Source: Eledone cirrhosa (lineage: Eukaryota). Taken from it: a stretch of DNA of 64,000 nucleotides. Each line of letters opens with the position of its first letter. Position 1 is the stretch's first letter. Location of the stretch: NCBI GenBank assembly GCA_964016885.1, contig OZ024743.1, forward strand, positions 294,314,001-294,378,000, given 5' to 3'. Below are positions 13,898 through 27,800 of this stretch, piece after piece. Below the pieces are notes generated by a model. That model was not told where the DNA came from and searched no databases. It saw only the letters and a program-made list of their open reading frames with translations. The translations under genes and the position numbers were made by a program.

Positions 13898-16800
13898 TGC
13901 ATTTATCTTGCTTTATGTTTATACGAGTTATCACCAAGTCACAACCAGTGACCTCAAGAGACAACAAGGTCCGCCATGTTCAAGAAAGAACATACATATT
14001 CACACATGCATCCTTAGTGTTTAGACTTGTGATGTACTTATATTGACAGGATCTTCCTTAGTATATGGGCAGTTCCCATTAGTACTATCTTTTGTATTTC
14101 TCCTATACGCGGGTTTCCTGGGATTTGCGATAAGTAGTCGTTAGACCCCTTAGGTATCATTCCCAGAGCGCCTACAACCACTGGTATTGTTTTAGTTCTC
14201 AATTTCCACATTTTTCCAATTTCTATCTCCAGGTCCTTATACTTGCTCAATTTTTCAAATGTTTTTATAGATACATTCTTGTCTATTGGAACAGACATAT
14301 CAATTAGCAGGCATACCCTCCTTTGAAAGTCCTTCAATATTATATCAGGTCTATTTGCATCTATTTTTCGGTCTGTTTGGATGCTAAAGTTCCACAAGAT
14401 TGAGATGTGATCTTTTTCAAGTATGGGAGGTGGTTGATGCTCCCACCAATTCTTTTGATGGGGCAGCTCAAAATGCTTACACATTATCCAATGTATGTAT
14501 TGTGCAGCTCTGTCATGCCTGTTTAGGTATTCGGTTGGAGCTATAGGACTGCACATTGAAATTATATGGTCAATGGTCTCTGGTTGTTTTTTGCATACAC
14601 GGCATAATGGGCTGCACCCATTTCTTATTATGTTGGCTTGGTAATTTTTTGTTGGCAGACACTGATCTTGTGCGGATATAATCAGTCCTTCAGTCTCCGA
14701 TTTCAGTCCAGAGGATGCCAACCACTGATGGGTTAAAGTTTTGTCAACATCAGGATTGTTAGCTCGCTCTGGGTATTTTCCATACAGAGGCTTTTCTTGC
14801 CATTTCTTAGCCAGTTTCTGTAGCAGTTCTTTCTTTGCAGTTACTTTTACCTGCTTTGCTTTTTCTGTGTTTTCCATTTCAGCAGTAAATGGGACTTCTG
14901 AAATTTGTAGTCCATTACTGTATCTTTGTGCATCTTTTGTAATGGAATATGATCTTTTGGTGCTTTCGTGTTTCAAAACGAGTTTGATCATCCAATCATG
15001 TGATTCCCTTAGATATGTGGATAATCCAATTGTTGCAGTTTTCAACGCAATGTCTAACTGGATTAACCCACGTCCTCCTTCTTTCCTAGGGAGATATATT
15101 CTATCTATGTCTGCCTTAGGGTGATGCATTCTGTGCATGGTTAAGAATTTTCGGATTTTTGTATCGAGCCTACGGATCTCTGTGCTTGACCAGTTGATGA
15201 CATTGTAACTGTAGGTTACTACTGGTATGGCAAGCGTGTTTATGGCATCGATCCTATTCCTTGCATTCAATTCCGTTCTTAAGATTGCTCTGACTCTGCG
15301 GTAACATTCCTTCCTTATCCTTTCCCTCATTGTCGAGTGCTTGATTCCGTCTCCTTCACAAACACCTAGATATTTGTAAGTTTGTTCTTGATCAAGCTCT
15401 CTTATCACGTTCCCCCGATCAAGATTAATGTCTGAACTCTTCAGCAGCTTTCCTCTGGTAAACGTTGCTTTGGCGCATTTATCCAGTCCAAACTCCATTT
15501 TAATGTCATCACTAAACTGCTTCACAGTGGATAATAGCCCTTGCAATTGTTCATCATTTTTTGCAAATAGTTTCAGGTCATCCATGTAGAACAGGTGATT
15601 AATGGTTTTGTCATAGACTCTATATCCATGTTTTGTTTCATTGAGCATTTTACTTAATGGTATAAGTGCGATGCAGAATAAAAGCGGTGATAAAGTCACC
15701 CTGAAAAATTCCACAATTAATGTTAACTTCTCCAGCTTCCAGTGATTTTGTTTCACTATTCAAAAGGAGTGTCGTTCTCCATGTCCTCATACTGAATGAC
15801 AAAAACCTCCTGTCAACGGGGGATATTTTGAAAATCTCTAAACATTTTTCAATCCAACTGTGTGGCAAACTATCAAATGCTTTTTTATAATCTATCCAAG
15901 CAATCGATAGATTTTTGTGTCTATTATGACAATCTTCCAGTATCATTTTGTTAACCAGAAGCTGATCCTTACAGCCATATGAGCCTCGTTTACACCCTTT
16001 CTGCTCAATGGGAAATAGGTCATTTGTTATCAGGTGGTCATATGTGTATTCAGTTAGGACTGATGTTAAAATTTTATACATTGTGGTCAAGCAGGTTATC
16101 GGTCTGTAATTTTTGGGATTGTTTGTCTCATCATTCTTCGGTAGCAGGAATGTAATGCCGTTAACTAGCCATGATGGTATTTTTTTCTGGCTCCTTAACT
16201 ATTTCATTGTAAAGTTGGGCTAACAGCTCATGAGACTCTGTGAAGGCATTTATCCAAAAGTTTTGTATTTTGTCTTTTCCTGGGGATTTCCATTTGCTGG
16301 TTTTTCTTAGAGCCAAGCGCAGCTGTTCAACTGTTATATTTTCCCATGTTTGTTCTTCAAGGTGAGCTGTTTCTTTCATTTGTCTGTCTATCCATGGGGC
16401 ATGTATGTTATGAACTTTTTCTTCGGCCCAGATCTTTTCCCAGAATTCTTGCACTTCCTCCTTGGGTGGTATTGATTTAGCAGTTATTGTTGACTTACCA
16501 ATTTTTCTGTAGAAGTTTCTTTGGTTGTTTTTGAACATATTATTGTCCTTATAGAATCTAGATCGTTTTTCAAAGCGCCTTATAATAGCAGCTTTGGCCG
16601 ACACTTTTTGCTTGATTGTTTCTATCAGCATGTCTATGTCACATGTTGATCTTATACTGTACTTTTTTTTCAATTTTCTAAGTTTAGTTTGTTTAACATG
16701 TTCACCTACTTTATAGTTTGTTAAAATTTCTATGTCATATCGGAGAAGGTTTATTTGGCGATTGATGTTATCTTGCCAAGTAGATTTCTTGTGGGAATTC

Positions 16801-17999
16801 CTTTGTTTTTTCATCTTCACTCCACATAAGTGAGTGGTGACTTTAGCCGATGCATAATAGAGATGATTTAAGTCAGTAATGTTTATTTTGTTTGTGATGA
16901 TAATGTTTTTGAGAATTATGTTAGTCTTGTGTATTATCTTTTGGTTCTGTTTGGAGTTCTGGATCTTAGGGAGGGTGTCTCGTTCCCCCATGTCAGATTC
17001 TTTCATTTTCATCCATTCGATCATAATTTCATCCTTCAAGTTGGCAAGTTCATTCTCATTCATTTCTTTATCATTTACGATCTCATTATTTTCATTTGGA
17101 GTTTCATCCTGAGCATGCACTCCCTCCACTTTTTCGCTCCTTTCTTTAATTTGTTCTGTTGCCAGTGATTCCGCCCCAACTCTGGGATTCGAAGTGTTAC
17201 AGTTTACCTCGTTTTCACTGACACATGCTTCATTTTCCCTTCGCTGACTTTGTGCTACTAGCTTGATCTGATCAATTTCTATATCAGTTAGTAACTTTTT
17301 TCTTACAATATTTCTTCGTATATTGGCTAGTTTGTTACTGTCAATATAGCCTCTGTTTTCGGGATGTTTCTTTTTCCAGTTGATATATGTTTGCTCTGTA
17401 TTCGATGTATTTGATGGGTAGTACATGGCAGTGTAGAAAGCCTCAAGGACTTCTTTATTATCTTCCCTTGACCATTTTTCTCTCTTTTTCTTTGGATTTC
17501 TTGGTGGTGAGCATGGAGGGCCAACAGTAGGAGTATTCCGGTTATGGGAGGTCTCCAGCTCCGAAGTGATGGGAAGGTTTGAACCATTAGCTGATTTTTC
17601 GACCCCAGTCTGGTTCCTCTCTGAGGGACGCGGCCCTTTTTTACCCGGGTGACGGCCGATCCGGTATGAGATTTCATCATTAGACATCTACTTTATTTTG
17701 TCGCGTTTTATCCTTATCCGCCAAGGGGTAATCTTTTCGTGTTACCACTTCTAGAACGAGTGTCAACCAAGACTAGAGGGGTCGTTCTCCCCTAGAGACA
17801 TGGCTATTCCCCGCCGGCCACTATCCCAGTATTTCTTGGTCACGGGGTTTTCTTTTTGTTGTTTTTTTTAAATTGTTATTATCATGAGTGGTTCCTTAAT
17901 GTGAGCATTGCGTGGCTTAAGAATGAAATTATTAATAATTGTCTCCACTCCAGGGACAAGGCCAGCAATCACCCAGTGCATTACAATAATATAATATAC
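13898..17999 (-). mobile_element. R4/Dong-like RLE non-LTR retrotransposon family B, apparently full length
   Basis: ORF pieces 17687-16161, 16090-15650 and 15756-14038 give KWSRED N-terminus, RT (FYMDDLKL), CRVC..HIISMC and NRPDII..IDMSVP..EKLSKY. Sequence is clearly distinct from family A. Flanked by (TTA)n; the 5' boundary may be nearer 17880. Confidence 0.9.
14038..17687 (-). pseudogene. RT-RLE ORF of family B broken by two frameshifts
   Basis: Removing one extra A in the homopolymer at ~16180-16186 restores EPEKIPSWLVNGITFLLPK. A 2-nt loss at ~15694 disrupts [11 protein letters not shown]. Confidence 0.85.
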
Positions 18000-18025
18000 T
18001 TATTATTATTATTGTTATTGTTATT

Positions 18026-20029
18026 CCTTGAATCTCAGTCATTGATGTTGGTTAACTGGAAAGTCCGTTGGATTGAATATCAAGCCACTACCTGCAGCCT
18101 CAGATATTCAGGACGTATCGGAGGGTTCTTGCTGTTCCAAGCAAGCATGCCTTTTGAAGCGTTCCAAAAAGCGTGAAGGGGCCGATTTTCTTTAACCATC
18201 CCTGGAAACCTTTGGAGATAGTCCCCAGTGCGCCTATGACAATCGGGATCACTTTGACTTCATGGCAGTTCCAAATCCTTTTCACCTCCCACTTTAGGTC
18301 CTGGTATCGGTTAATTTTCTCCCTCTCCTTCTCTTGCACTCTCGTGTCGAACGGGCAGGCCACATCCACAATCAGGCACGATCTTTTTTCTTTGTCCACA
18401 ACCACCAGGTCAGGTCTATTGTGTTCCAGTTTTTGTCCGTCTGTATCCTAAAATCCCACAGCACCTTCACCTGACTGTTCTCCATCACCGCCTCTGGCCT
18501 ATGCTCATACCATTTCTCAGAATGTGGTAGATTGTTTACTTTGCACAGGTGCCAGTGGATCACCCTGCCCATCACATCGTGTCTCCAACCCTTATAGTGG
18601 GTCTGGGCTAGGTGTTTACACTCGGACACAATGTGAGCCACGGTCTCCTCTCTCTCTCCACAGATCCTGCACAGTGGGCTAGCCTCCTCCTTGTAGATAT
18701 GGTGCTTCAACCACTTCGTTTTGAGGGCCTGCTCCTGCGCAGCCATTAGCATTCCTTCTGTAGCCTTTTTGAGGTCTCCTCTTCTCAACCAGTTCCATGT
18801 CTGTGGATCTCTAAATTCAGTTTTCTCAAAGAAGGTACTATGAAGGGATTTTCCCTTAAGGCTGCTCTTCCTCCTTGATGTTATTTCCTCCTTGGATATC
18901 CCCTGGCCTACTGTCCTCTCCTTCAGTACAGCTCTGAGCATTGTCTCCTTACTATAGGTCACGTATTTGTATAGGTTGTTTTTCTCCATCTGAACACAGT
19001 CCTCTATGCTGATAAGACCTCTTCCACCCTCAGATCTCCTTAGGTAGAGTCTATCGACATCACTCCTCTTGTGGAACATGTTGTAGATAGTCAATAGCTT
19101 CCTAGTCTTCCTATCCATTTCTTTTTGTTCAGCAACATTCCATCTCAGAATTCCCGCACTGTACCTAATAATAGACACAGCTCGGGAATTTACTGCGCTT
19201 ATGGCATTTCTGCTGTTCAGATGTGACTTCAATACGCTCCTTACTCTCCGAATGTATTCAGTTCTTAACAATTCCTTCATTTTTTTGTTCTTTATGCCAT
19301 CAGCCTCCAGAACGCCCAAATACTTGTATCCTTCCTCAGAGTCAATTTCCTTTATCATCTCACCTGTTGGTATCTGGATCCCGTTACTTCTGCTCAACCC
19401 ACCCCTCTTCATCACAATGACTCCACATTTACCAATACCAAACTGCATACATATATCACTGCTGAAAATACGGACAGTGTCAACAAGCACATCCAACTCC
19501 TTCTCACTTTTCCCGAAGAGCTTAAGATCGTCCATGAAGAGGAGGTGATTGATGGTAAGCTCTCCCCTTCCCAACTTGTATCCTGCTCTCACTTTTCGCA
19601 GCATAATGGTCAAGGGCATCAGTGCAAGGGCAAACAACAGAGGGGACAGGCTATCTCCCTGGAAGATACCTCTCTTGATCTTCACGCTTCCCAAGGATAC
19701 TCCAGTTGATGTCAACTCTGTCTCCCAGGACCCCATACTCCTGTCCAGCAACTGTCTGATGTTATCTGCCACCCTGAAGATCTCCAGGCTTTTGGTGATC
19801 CAGGAATGAGGCACCATGTCAAATGCCTTTCTGTAGTCTATCCATCCCATGGCAAGATCAGTGTGTCTCCTCCTGCAATTCCCCATTACCGTCTTATCAA
19901 TAAGCAACTGGTCCTTTGTACCACGTGACTTCTTTCGGCATCCTTTCTGTTCGTCCGGTAACAAGTTGTTTGTGTGGAGGTGATGGTAGATTTCCTCAGA
20001 CACAATGCTCGTCAACAGTTTCCACGTTA

Positions 20030-20030
<1 letters not shown>
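18026..20030 (-). mobile_element. family A, 5'-truncated copy (~2.0 kb) with a 1-nt deletion near 18432
   Basis: Near-identical to 10157-12162. T5 instead of T6 splits the ORF into 547 aa and 101 aa. Confidence 0.93.
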
Positions 20031-20126
<96 letters not shown>

Positions 20127-20127
<1 letters not shown>

Positions 20128-20158
20128 TTTGAGTCTCAGTCATTGATGTTAGTTTTTG

Positions 20159-20160
<2 letters not shown>
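20127..20160 (-). mobile_element. minimal family-A remnant (~30 nt)
   Basis: CTTTGAGTCTCAGTCATTGATGTTAGTT matches the family A 3' terminus (cf. 22503) and lies between two (TTA)n runs. Confidence 0.8.
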
Positions 20161-20198
<38 letters not shown>

Positions 20199-20199
<1 letters not shown>

Positions 20200-21834
20200 G
20201 GATGCGGAAGATCCGTGTCAGCATATGCCGACGATGTCACCGTAGTGGTGTCGAACGCCAAACACATCGAGGCGATCGGCACTACACTAAGAGAATACGA
20301 AGCGGTGACAGGAGCAATGATCAACCAGGAAAAGTCAGTGGGCCTGCAGCTCGGCACCTGGAGAGGCAGGTCCATGCCGTCCAACAGCGTCGTCGGGCGC
20401 TGGACGGACGGACCGGTTAAATTGCTAGGGGTCTGGTTCGGTCCAGACCTCCAGACGGACAAAAACTGGGACGAGGTGACGAGCAGGGTGGCTTCTCTCA
20501 CCCAGAAATGGGCCGAGAGGAAGCTATCCCTGAAAGGTCGAGCGGAGGTGGCGAATGCGTACATCGCATCCGTCATCTACTACCGCCTGACCGTCGTACC
20601 TTGTCCTAAGCCCCGCCTGACTGCGCTGGAGCGTTTGCTCTTTCGCTTCTTGTGGAAGGGACGCGCTCCGATGGTCAGGCGGTCCATCTGCTGTCAACAC
20701 CCGCTACGTGGAGGGCTGGGCATGCCGTGGCTGATGATGCGCAGAAACGCGCTCAGGCTACGACATCTCCACCTCTTCCTCGACGGTGATCAGGTGTGGT
20801 CGCTGTTTGCAAGACACGTTTTTCCCCAGCTCGTCTCCTTGACAGAGCTGCAGTCCTGGGTCAAGCGAAGACCGAGAGGGAGCGCTTGGAGACTGGAATG
20901 TCTTCAGGCGCTCACAGCCCTCGACCAATCGGGCAATGTGATCGGTGGAAACTCCACCTTGGCGTTCTATAGGGGATTAGTGGAGGGGAAGAGCGACGAC
21001 GTACTTGGAGAAACTCTAGGCGTCGACGAAAATCAACTAGCCAATCTCTTCGGAAGGACTTTCGGGCCGGGGCCTATGGACAACTTCCAGAAATCCCTGG
21101 CCTGGCAGTGCTACCGAGGAGCTTTGCCAGTTCGGGATAAACTCTACAGGCATGGAGGTGCCGTCAGCCGGGCATGTCCGAGATGCGCGCAGGGCGACGA
21201 AACCGTCCTGCACGCACTCATCCAGTGTCCGAGCATTGCTGACTTGTGGGTTTATGTCGAACACCTGCTGTCACGTGTAGGACCTATCCAGCTATCAGCT
21301 GAGTCCATCGTGAGGATTGCCCCGCCCCCTTCCTTTAGCCTGGAAGGGCAGGCAGTTTTTATCTGTCTGGTGGCCATGGCGAAAGAGATAGTATGGTGGA
21401 CACGTTTGAAAGGGCTGAAGACGAGCACTTACCTCTTCGGTGATGCCCTGATTAACTTTTTCAAATTTCATTTGAAAAGGAAAATCAGGATAGAGAGGGA
21501 AGTGCTCTCTTCCCAGCATTTTGTTGAAAGATGGGTGAGAGAAGCAAGTATGGCCCGAATGAATGGGCCTTCTCTGAGTATGTGTCTGTAAATTAAAGGT
21601 GGAAAACTGGGAGAGGGCACTTGCCCTGGTGGTCAGGGCCACTGTGGTCTTTTAATGGGCTTTCTCCACAAATGTCCCTTGGAAGTCTCCCCCCTATTGG
21701 GGAATTTTTCTTTGTTATTTTTATTTCAACCTCTGTTTTTTTACACGCAGAAATGCCCATTTGTACCGTCCTGTATTGTCCTGTACTGTCCTTAATGTCT
21801 ACTTTATGTGAACCCTTGTGGTTAATAAAGAAAA

Positions 21835-21835
<1 letters not shown>
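20199..21835 (+). mobile_element. Tx1-like L1-clade LINE, 5'-truncated, ORF2 open from YADD to the stop at 21591
   Basis: SAYADD, KLLGVWF, GGLG and CPRC..HALIQC motifs; 3' UTR ends AATAAAGAAAAC(ATT)n. Confidence 0.9.
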
Positions 21836-21868
<33 letters not shown>

Positions 21869-21871
<3 letters not shown>

Positions 21872-22475
21872 GCTGACTTGTGGGTTTATGTCGAACACCT
21901 GCTGTCGCGTTTAGGACGGATCCGGCTATCATCTGAGTCCATCGTGAGGATTGCCCCGCCCTCCTCCTTTAGCCGGGAAGGGCAGGCAGTTTTTATCTGC
22001 CTGGTGGCCATGGTGAAAGAGATAGTATGGTGGACACGTTTGAAAGGGCTGAAGACGAGCACTTACCTCTTCGGTGATGCTCTGATTGACTTTTTCAAAT
22101 TTCATTTGAAAAGGAAAATCAGAGTAGAGAGGGAAGTGCTCTCTTCCCAGCATTTTGTTGAAAGATGGGTGAGAGAAGCAAGAATGGCCCGAGTGAATGG
22201 GCCTACTCTGAGTATATATCTGTAAATTAAAGGTGGAAAACTGGGAGAGGGCACTTGCCTTGGTGGTCAGGGTCATTGTGGCTTTTTACTGGGCTTTCTC
22301 CACAAATGTCCCTCCGAAGTCTGCCCCCTATTGGGGAATTTTTCATTGTTATTTTTTGTTACATCCTCTGTTTTTGTTTTTTACACGCAGAAATGCCCAT
22401 TTGTACCGTCCTGCATTGTCCTGCACTGTCCTTAATGTCTACTTTATGTAAACCCTTGTGGTTAATAAAGAAATC
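21869..22475 (+). mobile_element. Tx1-like LINE, short 5'-truncated copy
   Basis: Close homologue of 21235-21835; ends AATAAAGAAATC(ATT)n. Confidence 0.9.
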
Positions 22476-22501
22476 ATTATTATTATTATTATTATTATTA
22501 T

Positions 22502-22669
22502 TCTTTGAGTCTCAGTCATTGATGTTAGTTAACTGGAAAGTTTGTTGAAATGAAACCTGCAGCCTCAGATATTCAGGACGTATCGGAGGGTTCTTGCTGT
22601 TCCCAGCAAGCATGCCTTTTGATGCGTTCCAAAAAGCGTGGCGGGGCTAATTTTCTTTAACCATCCCTG
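22502..22669 (-). mobile_element. family A 3'-end fragment
   Basis: Matches 10157-10335 with a small internal deletion. Confidence 0.88.
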
Positions 22670-22888
22670 TATTGTTATTATTGGTCTAAGCGGACGTATT
22701 TTGATCGCTCACAGTAAGTCGCTTTATTTGCCTGTTTAAATTATTTGTTGTTAAATATTTCTTGTTGTGTAAGGGATATAAGCCCTTAGACTTTGCCCCG
22801 TGAAGGGGAAAGTATAATATTTGGGCCTTTTGGCCCAAATATTTGAACTTTTTTTTACATGTTAAAAAATTTACGAAGAAAAAAAAAC

Positions 22889-24845
22889 ATGGCTGAGCCA
22901 CGCCCCCCAGCGATATGTCGGCTGTCGTGCGACAACGACGTAGAAGTTGAGAGGAGTGCTATAGCGAAATTAGCACACATTGATAACACAAACACTACCA
23001 CAAACAAGGAAAACAAAGACACCAATGATACCAATAAGAACTCTAATTTTGAAAAAAATGACAGTAACAGCGACAACGAAAATACAGATAACAAAAAAAA
23101 CAAAACAAATACAACAACAATATCAACACCACTAACATGAAAACAAATAGCGACAACACCAACAGCAACAATACCAACTGCACCGAGAACAACGGTGGCA
23201 ACAAAGACAACAATGATAACAGCGACAGTGCTAACAACAACACCAACAAGAACAACGTCAACAACACCCCCAACGAGAACAAGACGACTTTCGCTGCGGC
23301 AGCAGGAAAAAAGAGGCCATGCTTCAACATGGACCTCTCAAACAAAGATGAAAAGTTGGCCCAGGCATGGAAGCTCATCAAGCAAGAGCAAACTTGGGCC
23401 AACTTAACTGTCCCGGTAGAAGCTATTGAGGCAGTGGAGCGCAAATCGGTGCATTATAGATGCATCTCAGCACAAACCAAAAGGGCAGCGTTAATCCCAC
23501 AAGAAGATATCGAAGTCGCGCTGAGGTGCATCAGAGAAGACACCCAGTACATAGAGAGGAGCAGACAGTGCGGCACCATTTCAGTGTTGTTCAAGTCAGA
23601 AGCCCTCGCGATGAAACACGCCATGACTCCTTGCAAAACCAGCAAGGTCATAATGTACCCCTCCCACATGGAAAAAAGAACGGCCCGTCTCCGCATTCCC
23701 ATAATCCCGCCAGGACTTGACATGTGGTGGCTTCTGGTATGTGTGATTGTGGAGGGGACGGATATCGTCCCTATAGAAGTGACCAGAATGGCCAGAGAGG
23801 ACTGGTCCGGGGTTGACCTGGAGATCCTTCTCCAGATCAGGCCCGAGAATGTGAAGACAATCCCAGACCATATCCGACTTCAGAATGGGAATGTCATTCA
23901 CATCATGACCGAAGGCAAAAGCCGCAGTGTATTGTTTGTGAGGAAAAAACCCATTTGCGAGCCTTTTGCCCTCAATTGCTGAAAGAGGCAAGGGGTCGAA
24001 AGTCTCCACTGCCGGGGCGAGGACCACAACCAACACCTGCACCGGCAAAACCACCAACAACAACACCAATAAAAAAAATACCACCAACATTGACCACCCA
24101 GGGGGGAAACGAGGAAAGCTGTCAAATCCCCCCCCCCCCCCAATACACAGACCAATAAAACCTTAAACATATATACAAACACACTTACAGACACAGACCC
24201 CTCTTCTACCAGTAGTGGGAAACCCAAAATCCCCCAAAATACAAAAAAGGAAACACAAAAAGAAAAAAAAAAACTCAACAAAGCACAAAAGCACCCCCAA
24301 TAATAAACGCAGACACCACCCACGCAAACATCTCTCCAATAACACCAACATCAACACCACCATCACCATCACCAGAATCCCCCAAACGCAAACAACCGTA
24401 ACAGACGCAAGAACAAATATACACACAAACATCTGAAACCACAGACGTCGCACTCACAACAAACACGGATACAACAGAAACAACACCACCAAAACCATCA
24501 CCACCACAGCCACAAAAACAAATAAAATCACACCAACAAAACATACAAAACTTCGTGCTCGTCAGGAGGGCCAACAAGGAACTGATGGCCCTCGTAGCAC
24601 GAAGTGAAAATATACAAAAAGAGGGGGAAATGTTTAAATCGAGCACATTTTGCGTGCCGGAAGACTTGGTTCTGGTGCGAATGTCGCTCGACATATTCAA
24701 AGAAATACGAGACAGCTTTCCTTGGGACGTGGGAACCCCGAACGTAAAACCCACTTCAAGACTTTTAAAGAGGTTCTCAAAAGAAACTCCACTAACTAAG
24801 GAGGTCGAACAACCCGACCTTCACAAGAGCCCGGAAGGTAAGTAA
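22889..24845 (+). pseudogene. Tx1-like ORF1 (Asn/Thr-rich N-terminus, gag-type zinc knuckle), frameshifted
   Basis: MAEPRPP start; TFAAAA motif; CIVCEEKTHLRAFC = CX2CX4HX4C at 23928-23969. Confidence 0.8.
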
Positions 24846-24874
24846 ACCTTCCTCTCTCTGTTTAACCTGCCAAC

Positions 24875-27800
24875 ATGGTTGTATTAAGAGTAGGATGTTT
24901 AAATGTTCGCGGCCTGGGATCGTCCTGGAAGCAGGGTCATCTGCTCAACGACCCCAGGTCTATAGAAATGGATGTAATTGCAGTCAGCTAGACCCGGATT
25001 TCAGACACGCGCGCACTAGCCCCCATTTTCGACGACTATCAGATCTTTGCATCTGTTAGCCGACCGGGAATAGGAGGCGGGGTGGCAGTGCTGTTTAGGA
25101 AAGGCCTGGATCTCGAGGTAAGGTCGATCTTCCGGGACCCGGACGGGAAGTTGGTGGTCCTGGACGTGAACAATAATGAAGGTGGTGCCTTTAGACTGGT
25201 GGCCGTCTATGCTTCTACTGGGCTGGACGGCCGGACTTCTTTAGACGCCTGGAAGCCTTTCTGGGTACGTCTCGCCCTTTACTGTTAGCGGGGGACTGGA
25301 ACGGCATCTTAGACGCACGCTGGGACTGTGTGGGAGTATCCGATAGGAGCGGGGGATGCAAAAGCCTCAAGAACCTGATCAGCCAGTTCCAATTGTCTGA
25401 CAGGTACCGACTAGATTTCCCTAATGTGCCAGTGTGGACCTGGGCTAACCGCATAGGGTCATCTAGATCGTATATAGACAGGATATTCATTAGGAAAATA
25501 GACAGAAATAGTGTAAGCTGTCCACGTTTTGAAACGGTCGCCTATTCAGATCACAAGTTTGTGATCTGTATGGTCGACCTAGATAAGACGCGTAGGTTAT
25601 GACCTGGTTCCTGGAAGCTAAACATGTCATTTCCGGCACGTAAGGCTTACAGGGACCAGGTCAACAAATTAGTTAAGAAAAAGTTGACAGGGGGAGTCGT
25701 CAACAATAGATGGTGGGGGCTCTCAAAAGAGAGATTAGGGTAATATCGATAGAGTTTAGCAAAGAAGTAGCATTAGAGAAAAATAGAAAGGAGGGAGAGT
25801 TGGTAGATAATTTAGACGAGGCTATTAGTAGTTGCATTGCAACTGATGTGCTAGCGGTGAGAATGGCATTAGACCATTTCTTCAATGCGAAACACGAAGG
25901 TTGCATTGTCAGAGCTTAGGCGCGTGCTCTGAGAAACGAGGGAACCAAAGCTGTTCGATGGGCCCGCCTGGCAGGCGCAGCGTGGTAATAAAACCACGAT
26001 TCGGTCTTTGACAGACCGAGACGAGCTCTAGCTGAGCGATTCCAAGAGGATGTGTGAGCCCTTTCGCCAACATTTTGCTCGGTTGTTCGGGGGAAGTGGC
26101 GGGTCAGAGATGGTGGCGGACTTCAGTCCCTACCTCGATGGCTTGTCACAACTCTCGACGGCTGACGCTGGGCGCTGCGAAAGGCCAATTACTTCAGCCG
26201 AGATTCAGGATGCCCTTGTAGGCTGCATGAGGCGCAAGTCACCCAGTTTGGATGGTCTGCCCTACGAGCTTTACGTAAATATGCCAGAATTGTTCTCCAA
26301 TATCCTCGAAGCGCTCTACTGCAACTGGCAGCAAAACGGGAGTATTCCTAGCTCTGTGAGCCGGGGCGTAGTGACGCGGATAAGGAAAGAGGAGAACAAG
26401 AGGGACACATTAGACAATTTCAGGCCCATAACTCTGCTCAACACAGAGTTTAAGATTTTGGCCAGGGGTTAGCGAAGAGGTTGGCGATGTCGGGGATTTG
26501 GTTGGGGAGGCGCAAAATTGCGCAATCCCAACCAGGTCCATACACGACAACCTGCACCTAATGCGATACATCATAGAGAGGGTAGGGTGTAAACCTGGCT
26601 TCGGTGGGGCTCTGATCAATTTAGATCAATCGAAAACGTCGATAGGGTCGACCATCGGTACCTTGAAGCTGTCCTCAAGGCGGCTGGCTTCGGCCCCGTC
26701 TTCAGAAGCTGGATCGCTGCAATGCACAGCGGCACCTGCTCGATGGTCAAAATTAATGGCCACCTCTTGGAACCGTTTCAGGTCTCCCGATCGGTCCGTC
26801 AAGGGTGCCCTCTCTCCTCCCTTCTGTACGTATTGACTCTCGAGCCTTTACTGCGGAAGCTGGAGCTGTTGCAGGGCATCCCGCTCGAACCGGGACGCGG
26901 AAAGGCTGTGTCGGCTTATGCGGATGACATCACCGTGATTGTGTCGGACACCTCAGAAATCGAGGTGGTCGGCAACTTATTGGAGGAATATGAAAGGTTG
27001 ACGGGAACAAAACTTAACCCGGAAAAGTCAGTGGGCTTGCAGCTCGGCACCTGGAGAGGCAAGTCCATGCCGTCCAACAGCGGACCGGTAAAGTTACTAT
27101 GGGTTTGGTTCGGGCCAGACCTCCAGGTGGAGAAGAATTGGGACGAGGTGACGGGCAGGGTAGTCAGTCTCACACAGAAATGGGCTGGGATGAAGCTATC
27201 ACTGAAAAGTCGGACGGAGGTGGCGAACGCGAACATAGCGTCCGTCATCTACTACCGTCTGACTGCGTCCCTTGCCCCCGTTCGCGCCTCGCCATCTTGG
27301 AGCGGCTCCTCTTCAAATTATTGTGGAGGGGTCAGGTTCCACTGGTGAGGCGGTCCATCTGCTTCCAGCACCCTCTACGTGGAGGGCTGGGCATGCCGTG
27401 GCTAATGATGCGCATGCACGCGCTGAGGCTGCGGCATCTCCAGATATTCTGCTTAAACGGTGAACAGGTGTGGTCGCCGTTTGTCAGACGGGCCTATCCG
27501 CAGCTCGTTTCTTTGACTGAGTTGCAGTTCTGGGTCAAGAAGAGACCGAGACTGGGTGACTGGCATCTGGAATGTTGCCAGGTTCTCACTGCCCTCTACC
27601 AGGCAGGAAATGCGGTCAGTGGAACTTCCACTCTCGAGTTCTATAAAGGATTAGTGGTGAGCAAGTGCGACGACGCACTCGGAGAGGCTCTGGGAGTCAT
27701 CGAAGTCGAACTAACCAGTCTGTACCGGAGGACTTTCGAGCCGGGGACGAAGGATAATTTCCAAAAATCCCTCGCTTGGCAGTGCTACCGGGGGGCACTA

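Noticed and set aside
20005-21591. 528-aa ORF with a poly-Leu/Ile N-terminus that looks like a membrane-anchored RT
   Set aside because: The N-terminus is read-through of (TTA)n spacers and antisense family A sequence; real coding starts at the Tx1 truncation (~20199).
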